37,529 nt of DNA, taken from a virus (Duplodnaviria > Caudoviricetes). Below, piece by piece: positions 9,621 to 18,900 of this stretch. The first letter of the stretch is position 1; every line of letters begins with the position of its first letter. The DNA lies in IMG/VR virus record IMGVR_UViG_3300025314_000058, positions 1 through 37,529 of that record, one strand, 5' to 3'. Below the pieces are notes generated by a model, which saw only the letters and a program-made list of their open reading frames with translations, made no database searches and was not told the origin of the DNA. A program made the translations under genes and the position numbers.

Positions 9621-10238
9621 CAGAAATATTCTTTTACAAACTTCACAAAAGAAGAATTTACAGGGCGTTTTGCTGGTGTAAACTATATTTTCGCTTCTGG
9701 TGAAACACGTGAATTTGATCCTGATAAGCATTATATGCTTATACTTCTTGCTAAACAATTGGCTGATCGCGAACTTATAAAAAAAGTAAAAAATGTTGGC
9801 CGTGATCCTAAAGACATGGAAACATGGGGAAAAGCACTGGATGAATTTGGAAAACCTTTCACAATAACTGGTGAAATACGTAAATCTCTTATGAAACAAG
9901 CTGTTGGTTTTTTGATAGATACTCCAATTCCTGTTCCAGAAGATCAAATTGAAGAAGGAGGAATAACAAAAGAACAATCTGAAGATGTTAAACAGTTACA
10001 GAATCAAGTAAAAGATTTGACGCAAATAGTGCAACAGTTAACTCAGGTTGTAAAAAGCAATCAACCTCAACCGCAAACTGAAATTCCCTCCAATATTGAA
10101 GAACCAATAAAAGAACAACCTAGTATGACAAGAGAAGCATTGTCAATGCTCGCAACGGATCTAGGAATTGAGAATATAGAAAAAATGACAAAAGAAGAAT
10201 TGATACATAATATAAGTTTAAGACAAGCGCAAATTTAG
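9615..10238 (+). CDS. Protein with coiled coil and C-terminal Rho-N/HeH-like nucleic-acid-binding module
   Basis: C-terminus MTREALSMLATDLGIENIEKMTKEELIHNI resembles the Rho N-terminal helical domain. Confidence 0.6.
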   Translation: MQQKYSFTNFTKEEFTGRFAGVNYIFASGETREFDPDKHYMLILLAKQLADRELIKKVKNVGRDPKDMETWGKALDEFGKPFTITGEIRKSLMKQAVGFLIDTPIPVPEDQIEEGGITKEQSEDVKQLQNQVKDLTQIVQQLTQVVKSNQPQPQTEIPSNIEEPIKEQPSMTREALSMLATDLGIENIEKMTKEELIHNISLRQAQI

Positions 10239-10263
10239 CCAAAAATACTTTTAATTTAATCGC

Positions 10264-10308
10264 TTGACATCGTAGAGAGTCTAAAGTTTAATAAACGTAA
10301 GACTCTCT
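10264..10308 (+). promoter_or_regulatory. Sigma70-type promoter embedded in an inverted repeat
   Basis: TTGACA(10264-10269)-17 bp-TTTAAT(10287-10292). AGAGAGTCT(10274-10282)/AGACTCTCT(10300-10308) flank the -10. Confidence 0.55.
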
Positions 10309-10315
10309 TTTATTT

Positions 10316-11515
10316 ATGTTTGGAAATATTTTAGGAGCAGCACAACGATTTCTGCAACCTGTTCAGCAATTTGGAAGACAGGCTGCTGGAGCTATTATAG
10401 GAGGAGTGCAAAAATTAGCAGGAGGGGCACAACAAATAGGACAACAAGCAAGACAGGCTTTTATTCCGCCACCTGCGCCTATTGCTAGAGCACAACAACC
10501 AATACCGCCACCTTCTCCTCGCCAATTACCTCCTCAACCACCGCTTCCACAAGCTACTCGTGCTGTTCTCCCAGCATCTCCTACTTTTAATCCGCCAAGT
10601 CCACAACAGTTTGGCGTTCCATCTCAGGAAGAAGCTAATAAAAGATTTGCTGAAGAAACCATGAGACGTTATGGGGAGATCGTTGCACCCCATGAACAGG
10701 CATTATCATCATTTCTTTCATTAAGACGACCAGTGGGCGAGATTTATACCGAAGAATCGGCAAGATTAGGAATACCTGAAAAGGAAAAAGTATTATCAGG
10801 GCTTGAAACTGATATTTTAAGACAACAAGGATTATTGGAAACTTTACCAACAGAAGCAATTCAAAGAAGACAAGAAACTGGAATGTTATCTGAGGCTGCA
10901 AGACGAAGAATAGAAGCAATGGAAGAAAGACCAATAAGAGAACAGCTTTTGAAAACTGGTCAGCTTGCCCAAACAGCAGATGTTGGATATAACAGAGCTT
11001 TACAGTTATCAAGACAGGCGGCTGATATTTATGGTCAGGAAACAGAGGCGGGGTTGCGGCCTTTACAATCAAATCTTGATGCGGCAAGAGCACAATTTGG
11101 TGTGGTTGCCGATTCTATAGCTCAGCAAGTAAGCGGACTTACTCAAGATCGTGAGTCATTGCTTCGTCAGTATGAGGGCGCTGTTAATCAAGGGTATCAA
11201 TTGAGCCAAATTCAAGCTCAACAAGCAGGGCAATTGAAGCAACAGGAAGGACAGCATATTCAAACAATGCAGGTGGTGGCAAACATGACACGGGATATTG
11301 AGAGAAGAATGACTCTAAACTCTGTTATGGGTAAATATCTGGCTCAAGGAATGGATCCTGACACTATTTTATCTTTGTACAACGCATATAGTCCTTTTGG
11401 AGTAGTCAAAGAAACACCTGGTATTCTACAAAGCAGATATGGAGTTGGAGGAACAAGATTTTCAGGAATAACAGGAGGAGGTGGTGTACAAGCCTTGATA
11501 GATCAAGGAGCTTAA
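10316..11515 (+). CDS. Putative internal virion (ejection) protein, Pro/Gln-rich and helical
   Basis: 399 aa, Gln/Ala/Arg-rich with no Cys; shares motifs with the 1384-aa protein. Confidence 0.55.
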   Translation: MFGNILGAAQRFLQPVQQFGRQAAGAIIGGVQKLAGGAQQIGQQARQAFIPPPAPIARAQQPIPPPSPRQLPPQPPLPQATRAVLPASPTFNPPSPQQFGVPSQEEANKRFAEETMRRYGEIVAPHEQALSSFLSLRRPVGEIYTEESARLGIPEKEKVLSGLETDILRQQGLLETLPTEAIQRRQETGMLSEAARRRIEAMEERPIREQLLKTGQLAQTADVGYNRALQLSRQAADIYGQETEAGLRPLQSNLDAARAQFGVVADSIAQQVSGLTQDRESLLRQYEGAVNQGYQLSQIQAQQAGQLKQQEGQHIQTMQVVANMTRDIERRMTLNSVMGKYLAQGMDPDTILSLYNAYSPFGVVKETPGILQSRYGVGGTRFSGITGGGGVQALIDQGA

Positions 11516-11516
11516 T

Positions 11517-11993
11517 ATGTCACAATATACATTAGCTTCACAAGACATAGACGCAAATAGAAGGACAATAAACTCTAATGAGGCATTTGCTTCAGAATCT
11601 ACATGGACATTTGTTGCTGCCACCACAGGCGCAGTAGGTTCTCATACTCTTTTTACAGTTACAGGTAATGTTTTGGTATCAGTCTTTGGAATAGTTGATA
11701 CTACTATTACCTCTGGTGGAGCACCGACTATAGAAGTTGGGGTTACGGGCAATACAGCAGTTCTTATCGCTCAAGGAACGGCTGCTAATTATGCTGATGG
11801 GGATGTTTATGTAGATGCAACCGATACTAGAGTTGGTGCGGGCACACCTCCTGCTATGCAGGCGATAAATGATGGATTGGATGTGCTTTTGAAGATTACA
11901 GGAGCTACTCTTACAGCAGGAGTAATTGATTGGTACTGTTTATGGAGACCTTTAAGTTCAGATGCAAATATTACTGTAACTACACCTGCATAG
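11517..11993 (+). CDS. Putative structural protein (jelly-roll decoration-like)
   Basis: 158 aa, Thr/Gly/Ala/Val-rich; LFTVTG and TAGVIDWYCLWRPLS motifs. Confidence 0.55.
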   Translation: MSQYTLASQDIDANRRTINSNEAFASESTWTFVAATTGAVGSHTLFTVTGNVLVSVFGIVDTTITSGGAPTIEVGVTGNTAVLIAQGTAANYADGDVYVDATDTRVGAGTPPAMQAINDGLDVLLKITGATLTAGVIDWYCLWRPLSSDANITVTTPA

Positions 11994-12011
11994 AAAGAAT
12001 AGTGAGAAATT

Positions 12012-12185
12012 ATGGCTAGATATTCTGAACCAGCACAACGATTTATTGCTCGCAGAATGCGAGAGTTTCATAGTGGTGAAATGGAAGGTCGTGGAGATCG
12101 CAAAATAACTGATAAAAAGCAAGCCTTAGCGATTGCTTTATCTGAAGCTCGCAAAAAAGGAATGGAGGTGTCAAGAAATGCCTGA
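12012..12185 (+). CDS. DUF6496-like small basic protein (57 aa), not in ORF track
   Basis: MARYSEPAQRFIARRMREFHSGEM...ITDKKQALAIALSEARKKG; the MxEF..G and KQA.AIALSEAR signatures are recognised from memory. Confidence 0.75.
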   Translation: MARYSEPAQRFIARRMREFHSGEMEGRGDRKITDKKQALAIALSEARKKGMEVSRNA

Positions 12186-12333
12186 ATTTTCAAAATATTC
12201 TAATGAATCACAAGCCGATTTTGTAAAAAGAATGGCTGGAAAAGGTATTGGTTTATTAGTGGGATCAAAAGTAGGAGGAGCTTTAAAAATGGGACGTGCT
12301 GCTGCTCGATTCCTTAAAAAGAAAGGTAAATAA
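12178..12333 (+). CDS. Small basic protein (51 aa; start re-assigned to ATG 12178)
   Basis: MPEFSKYSNESQADFVKR...RAAARFLKKKGK; GGAGGTG SD upstream. Confidence 0.65.
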   Translation: MPEFSKYSNESQADFVKRMAGKGIGLLVGSKVGGALKMGRAAARFLKKKGK

Positions 12334-12335
12334 AT

Positions 12336-12509
12336 ATGGCTAATCCAATAAGAGAAGATATACAAAGAATACAAGGTTTTCACAGACAATTTGGTGGTTA
12401 TCCAAAAAAACAGCAAAACCAAAGACAACCACAAAGACAAGGTAGGTTTGGAGGATTTGATAGTAATATTTTAAATGCGGCTAAAAGATTATTAAGATTT
12501 AAACGATAA
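12336..12509 (+). CDS. Small basic Gln/Arg-rich protein (57 aa), not in ORF track
   Basis: MANPIREDIQRIQGF...NILNAAKRLLRFKR; fills the gap between its neighbours. Confidence 0.65.
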   Translation: MANPIREDIQRIQGFHRQFGGYPKKQQNQRQPQRQGRFGGFDSNILNAAKRLLRFKR

Positions 12510-12515
12510 TTATGT

Positions 12516-13424
12516 ATGGCACTAACATTTCAAAATTTTTACGAATTATACGAACAACACACGGGTGATGATACGGCTACCAATACTACTATTGGCAAAG
12601 CCCGCGTTAATGATACTCACAAAGAACTTCTAGGTCTTCACGATTGGTACTTTGCTGAGAAAACTGCCAATTTTACCACTGCCGCTTCCGATTATAAATA
12701 TGACCTTCCTTTTGATTACGGCAGGATGGTAGCGGTAACTATTGAGGATTCTGATGTCCACTATTCCCTGACTGAAGTTGCTTCGCACGATCAATGGCAA
12801 AGAATCCAGATGTATCGTGATACCGACTCCTCGGATATTCCAGAGTTTTATCATATAACTGGAGATGAGATACAAATTTATCCAGTACCAACTAGCGCTG
12901 GTTCTTCTAACAATGGAACTTATTATTATGTGAAAAAAGTAGTTGATATGCAATATGATGATTACACGGCTGGAACAGTTACTCTTACAAACTCAAGTAC
13001 TGTAGTTACAGGAAGTAGTACTACATTGACTGCTGCGATGGTAGGTAGATTCATTAAGGGTAATCTTAATGCAAGGTGGTATGAATTGTCAGGATTCACT
13101 TCAACAACAGTTATGGCACTTAAAAAGGCTTTTCAAGGAACAACTACTTCAGGTCTTGCTTATACAATTGGTGAGATGCCTCTTATTCCTGAAGATTATC
13201 ATGCATTGTTGTGGTATCAACCAGTTGCTACTTATTGGATGATGAAAAAAGAGCCAGAACAAGCAGCCTATTATCAAGCACTTTACGATAAAGGGAAAAG
13301 AGAATTTTTTAATAAATATAGTCAAAGAACAAGATCACAAATTCTTAAAGCACCTCATATACGAAGATATGGAACACCTAGAGCATGGGATGGAGCATGG
13401 TTTGATCCAGATTATTATGATTAA
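12516..13424 (+). CDS. Head-tail adaptor (tail tubular protein A-like) with inserted beta-rich domain
   Basis: W.F.E, YDLP.D, IQIYPVP and P.IPEDYHALL motifs, with inserted YTAGTVTLTNSSTVVTG segment. Confidence 0.7.
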   Translation: MALTFQNFYELYEQHTGDDTATNTTIGKARVNDTHKELLGLHDWYFAEKTANFTTAASDYKYDLPFDYGRMVAVTIEDSDVHYSLTEVASHDQWQRIQMYRDTDSSDIPEFYHITGDEIQIYPVPTSAGSSNNGTYYYVKKVVDMQYDDYTAGTVTLTNSSTVVTGSSTTLTAAMVGRFIKGNLNARWYELSGFTSTTVMALKKAFQGTTTSGLAYTIGEMPLIPEDYHALLWYQPVATYWMMKKEPEQAAYYQALYDKGKREFFNKYSQRTRSQILKAPHIRRYGTPRAWDGAWFDPDYYD

Positions 13425-13426
13425 TT

Positions 13427-14866
13427 ATGGCTACAAAAAAAGTATGGCTAATAGATCGTTTTTGGGGTGGTATTTCTGAAAGTCCGAAAGAAGGGCCACG
13501 AGGTTCTTTTGATTATGGTGATCGTTTGGATATAAGAACTGATCTTTCTGCATTAGGCGTACAAGTTAAAACTACAAAAGATTCTTCAACTACTATTACT
13601 GATCTTCCAAAATGGATTGAGCACGATGCAGTAAATGATAAGACGTATGCATATGGAGATGATGGGAAATTTTGGGAAGAAAGTGCTGGTTCATGGTCTG
13701 CTTTGACAGCTCCAACTACGGCAGCAGGACAAGGAATGCGTATTTGGAATGATTATGTATATTTGCGGAAAACCTCAGTAATAGCTCGCTATGGCCTTTT
13801 ATCTGGTTCTCCAACGCTTACTCAAAGCTGGCAATCAACAAATGTTCAGACTGAAAACGATCATGCTCCTATTGTTGAGTTTTTAGGAAATTTGTATTTT
13901 GCTAATGGAAGATTTTTGGCTGAATGGGATGATACTACTTTTACCTATAATAAACTTACTTTACCTATTGGTTGGAAAATAAGGGCAATGGCAGTTATTG
14001 GTGATTTATTAGCAATGGGCGGTTGGAAAGGATCAAATGTTTATGATTATGAAAAAGGATTTTTGTGGTTTTGGAATGGAACTGATGATGGAGTTAGTAG
14101 TTTCCTTGAAATAACTGATGGAGCAATAAATGCTATGTATGTTATTGACAATAATTTATACTATGTAGCAGGTTCAGTTGGCAATCTTTTCTTATATAAC
14201 GGCAATATAACAAAATTGCGTCAATTAACAAATCTTTTAACAGGAGATGATTATCTTGAAGTTTTTCCAGGAGCTATGTCCTCTCATAAAGGTGATATAT
14301 TTATAGGAACGGCTGGAAAAACTGATTCAACAGCAATTACTCAAGGTGTATATTCATACGGCAGGACTAGCAAGAATTATCCTACTGCATTAAATATTCC
14401 TCACATTATTTCAACTAATACTAAAACTGGAACAACTCTAAAAATTGGCGCTGTTCATTCTGTGGGGCCAAATGAACTATATATCGGTTGGGAGGATACT
14501 ACTGCGACAAATGGAATTGACCGCATATCTGGCACTGCTACATATACAACTGCTATTTGGCATTCTTTAATCTTTGATGACGATGACCCTCATATAAAGA
14601 AAGAACTTGATAGTATTAAGTTTACTTTTAAAGAGTTAGCAGCAAATGAAAGTTTTGATTTTTATTATCGTTTGGATAGAAATTCAAGCTGGACTTCTTT
14701 GGGAACTGCTGATACAGATGGTGATACAGAGAAGTATTTTCCCATTACGCTTATGAAAACTTGGAAAGAAATACAACTTAGGGCTGATTTAAAAACTTCT
14801 GGCTCTACATCACCAGAGTTGCTATCGGCAGCAGTTGTATTTAGCACAAGAAGTGCATTATATTAA
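13427..14866 (+). CDS. Tail nozzle / stabilisation protein (beta-propeller; T7 gp12 or P22 gp10-like role)
   Basis: 479 aa after the adaptor; F.GGI N-terminus, repeated beta blades, C-terminal K.L..I.F...EIQLR. Confidence 0.7.
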   Translation: MATKKVWLIDRFWGGISESPKEGPRGSFDYGDRLDIRTDLSALGVQVKTTKDSSTTITDLPKWIEHDAVNDKTYAYGDDGKFWEESAGSWSALTAPTTAAGQGMRIWNDYVYLRKTSVIARYGLLSGSPTLTQSWQSTNVQTENDHAPIVEFLGNLYFANGRFLAEWDDTTFTYNKLTLPIGWKIRAMAVIGDLLAMGGWKGSNVYDYEKGFLWFWNGTDDGVSSFLEITDGAINAMYVIDNNLYYVAGSVGNLFLYNGNITKLRQLTNLLTGDDYLEVFPGAMSSHKGDIFIGTAGKTDSTAITQGVYSYGRTSKNYPTALNIPHIISTNTKTGTTLKIGAVHSVGPNELYIGWEDTTATNGIDRISGTATYTTAIWHSLIFDDDDPHIKKELDSIKFTFKELAANESFDFYYRLDRNSSWTSLGTADTDGDTEKYFPITLMKTWKEIQLRADLKTSGSTSPELLSAAVVFSTRSALY

Positions 14867-14870
14867 ACTT

Positions 14871-15947
14871 ATGGCAGATGAATTAAAGGTGGTTTATTCA
14901 CCAACAATTAAAGATCAAGAAATACCAGAACAGCATTATCATAATGGAATTGACCAACCTAAGATAACACAAGGTGATATAGATGCTGGTTTTGTTTTAA
15001 GAACTGGGGATACCATGACTGGCGAGCTTATTTTAGATGGTAATACTGGTGAGGATGCCGAATGGGATGCAGTAATGCTAAAAATTACTCCTTCTGTACA
15101 TATAGATGGTTTATCAAATTATACACCAGTATTAATAATACCTTCTGTTCCTACTGGTTTTGTTGTGAGTAGTATATTTGGTATTGCATTTCAAGCTCCG
15201 ACAGGCGATGTGTCTGCTGCAAATGATTATACAGCCATTTATGCGGATTTCAGAACTGATACTGTTGCAGATAATTATATTGGTTTAAATATTTTAGTTG
15301 ATGCTACGGATTATGCCGCTAAACTTACAGGTAAAGTAAATCTTGCGCAAAAAGCAGGTTCAACAGGAAGTGGAGATATATGGAATGATAGCACTCAGAA
15401 AGGATTTCAAGTTTTTATTGCTGGGATAGAACAGACATTGCAAGGAGTTATTTTTACCCAAACCGCAGATGCGTCAGTAGGAGATACTGCTTCAGAAACA
15501 ACTTTAGTTGGAACAGGGGTTGGAACAGTAACATTACCTGCAAATTTCTTTGCAGTAGGAAAAACAATTAGAATAAAAGCAATGGGATATTTAGATTCAT
15601 CTGCAACGCCTCCAACTCACGATTATCATATCGAATTAGGCTCTACTACTGTAGTTTCCACAGGCGCACAAACCCCGACTGCTAATATGTCTGATGAGTT
15701 TTGGGAAATTGAGGCATATCTTACTTGTAGAACAACAGGTGCTTCTGGGACAATTCAAGGATGGGGGACTCTTAGACTTGGTGATGATTCAACGAGTAGT
15801 GCTTTTGTATGGGATATGTTAAGTACAACTACTACAACGGTTGCTACAAATGCTTCTCAGGTTATTGGTGTAACATTGACAAAATCTGCCAATACGACAG
15901 GAAATACTGTAATTTCACAAATTTTAACCGTGGAGGTTTTAAACTAA
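14871..15947 (+). CDS. Tail fibre/spike-like protein (start re-assigned to ATG 14871)
   Basis: HYHNGID motif, FVLRTGDTMTGEL fibre motif, GDIWND and a Thr-rich C-terminal head. Confidence 0.65.
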   Translation: MADELKVVYSPTIKDQEIPEQHYHNGIDQPKITQGDIDAGFVLRTGDTMTGELILDGNTGEDAEWDAVMLKITPSVHIDGLSNYTPVLIIPSVPTGFVVSSIFGIAFQAPTGDVSAANDYTAIYADFRTDTVADNYIGLNILVDATDYAAKLTGKVNLAQKAGSTGSGDIWNDSTQKGFQVFIAGIEQTLQGVIFTQTADASVGDTASETTLVGTGVGTVTLPANFFAVGKTIRIKAMGYLDSSATPPTHDYHIELGSTTVVSTGAQTPTANMSDEFWEIEAYLTCRTTGASGTIQGWGTLRLGDDSTSSAFVWDMLSTTTTTVATNASQVIGVTLTKSANTTGNTVISQILTVEVLN

Positions 15948-15948
15948 T

Positions 15949-18900
15949 ATGCCATTTCATACTACAGCACAAAGATTTTTAGGTAATTTTTTAGGACAAA
16001 CAGAATTAGGAAGGACTTATAGACAAGCCCAGACTTTATCTAGTCCTAAAGAATTAAGAACAGCTTTTGAAACTTTTAAAAGACCTATCGAAACATTTGG
16101 AAGACAAATTGGCGGTGGAGTTAATATTCAACTGGCAAGAAGAAGGACAGAGGATGCTAATAAACGCTTGCAAGAACAGATAAATAGGATGGTTGTTCAA
16201 CAATCAAGAGTACCACCAGAACAGCGAGAAAGGTTAAGAAGATCAGTTACCGCAACACAGGAACAGATAAATAGAAACATAGAGGATTATAGAAGGGTAG
16301 TTGGTGAAGAAATAAGGCCGCCTAGAGAAGTTATAGAAGCAGGAGTTGGAACAGCAGCAACAACTTTAGGATTACTTTCAGGAGCAAGACATCCAGCAGC
16401 TTTAGCCAAATTTACTGGAGTATCGGGGGTACTTGGAGGATTGGTTGGTGGTGGTATAGCTGCCCTTCAGGGCAAAAAGCCATCTGAGATTATAGAACAA
16501 GCTAAACAATCGGCTGCTGAATTTTTGGGAAGAGCACCTGCTATTTATGGCGTGGTTAGGGGAACCGATCCTTTCTTGGCGAGAGCATTGCAAAAAGTCT
16601 CATTGCCTGCCCAAAGATTTTTAAGTCAGAGAGGGTTGGGAGCTATTTCACAGACTGCTGTTAGACGAGGATTGCCAGCCGCTCTTAATGTGCTTCAGGG
16701 TGTTCCTGTTGATATAGCTTTACAAAGAAAACCATTAACTCCTGAGAGTCTTGCTATTGATATTGCGACAGGAGCACTTTTTGGCCCTGGACAATTTCAG
16801 CAAGCAGAATTCAAATTACCTTCTAAAGAGTCTTTGCGAAAAATAGGTGGTTTATTTGGTCAGCAAAAAGGATTTATAAAACTTCCTTTTTTGGGACAGA
16901 AAGTTGAGAAAATGCCAGATATTAGACTACCTAATATATTAGCAGAAGCTCAAGCAGAAAGACTGTTGTCTGAAGGACATACTCCTAAGTTTGTAAAAGG
17001 AGTATATGGAAAAGATGTTTTAAATGCAGCAATGAACAGTTTACAGATGAAACGGCTTATAAAATGGCGACCTCAAGAAGGAATTTTAAGACCTGAAGAA
17101 ATGAGACTCGGAGATCAGCGAGGATTTATTGATTTTGGAGCAAAAGTTGAACTTCCAACTAAAACATTTGGAGCAATACAAAAAGAAATTCAACGAAAAA
17201 CAGGTAGAGGTTTTTTAGCAGATTTTGATAAAGCAGTTAACCGTGGTAATTTTGAAGTTGCAAGGAAAATTATAGCTAACGTTCCTGAAAGTAACCCTTA
17301 TAAAAAAGTTATGAAAAATCTTTTAGATAGAATAACTCCTGAGTTTCAAGTGCCATTGCAACAAAAACCTTTAACTGAATTTCAGAGAACTAGAGAGAGT
17401 TTAAGAACGCCGTATGAGGGAATATTTGAACAAACACGTCCACCAGCTTTACGTGAAATTATGGCTCAAAAACGACTTGCTGAAGCTGGATTTATAAAAC
17501 TTGGAGAAGAAGTTGGTATTCCGCCAATTAAACCAGAAGTTCCAAAAATTGAAACTCCAACTCTTCAGAAAATTCAAACTGGATTTGAAGCAGGAAAAAA
17601 AGCTCGTGAAGTTAAAAGAATAACACCAGATATTCGTACACAGCTTCTTGATCGTCTATCACCTATATTTGATTTGGTAAAACAAGCAAAGGAAGATTTA
17701 CCAGTTGAAGTAAATCCATATAAAAGAATGAGGCTTTTGGCGGGATTGAATGGAAAAATAGAAATAGAATTAAAACAAGGTCTTCAACCAGTTTTGCAAA
17801 GAAATAGGACTCGTTTACCCGATCTTTCTTCGCTTCTTATTATGGATCGAACAAAAGAACTTATTGCCAATGGTAAGAAAACATTTTTATCTACTGATGA
17901 TTTGGCTCGCGGACGGACAGAACTGATTGCAAAATATGGGCAAGATGGTTTTGACCAACTTGAGCAATCGGCAAAAGAAGTTAGACAATTTGGCAACACA
18001 CTTCTTAAAAGACTCAGAAATTCAGGGATTATTGATGACGTATCTTACAAAAATATAAAAGCTAAAAATCAATTTTATGTTCCTTTTGAAGTAGTTGAAC
18101 ATATTACAGATAATCTTGAAAAAGGGCGTTTTGCAAGAACATCCTATAATGTTGCTAGCCAAGATGTTATAAAAAGGCTTATAGGAAGTGAGAAAGAACT
18201 AGGTGATCCAATAGAAGCATTAGTTAGAAAAACAGGACAAGTAATGGCTCTTACTGAAAGAAATGAAGCAATGCAAAATCTTATTAATCTTCGTAATGTT
18301 GATTCTGCATTTCAAGAATTGATTACTCCATTTAAAGAAACTGATGTTATTCCAAAAGGTATGAATACAATAAATCTTTTTGTTGATGGTCAAAATGTCC
18401 GATATTTAGTGCCAGAACCAGTTGCAGCAGCAATTAAGAATCTTGATGCTGAGGCAAGCAATATTCTTGTTAGAACCTTAACTCCCCAAGCAAGAATTCT
18501 TAGGGCTGGAGCGACAATACTAAATATGGCATTTATTCCGACTAATATTATTAGAGATATACAAAATGCAATGTTTTTAACTAGAGCTGAACAGGGATTA
18601 AAGGGAACTGCGGAGTTGATTTTTTCCTATCCAATGGCTTTGGCTAGCGCTGCAAAAAGAGATGACCTATACCAAGATTGGTTGCGACAAGGCGGCGCCC
18701 ATGCAACTCTTACAGAACAATTATTTAGAAGACCGCAAATTACTGTTCAGAGTTTAGCTGGAATCAAACCGCCTTTATATAGACGTGTAGCAACTGCAAT
18801 TCCTGATGCCATAAGATACTTGGGTGAAACAGGAGAACAGGCAACGCGACTTGCAAGGTATAAAGCAGGACTTACATTGGGAGAGACACCAACAGAAGCA

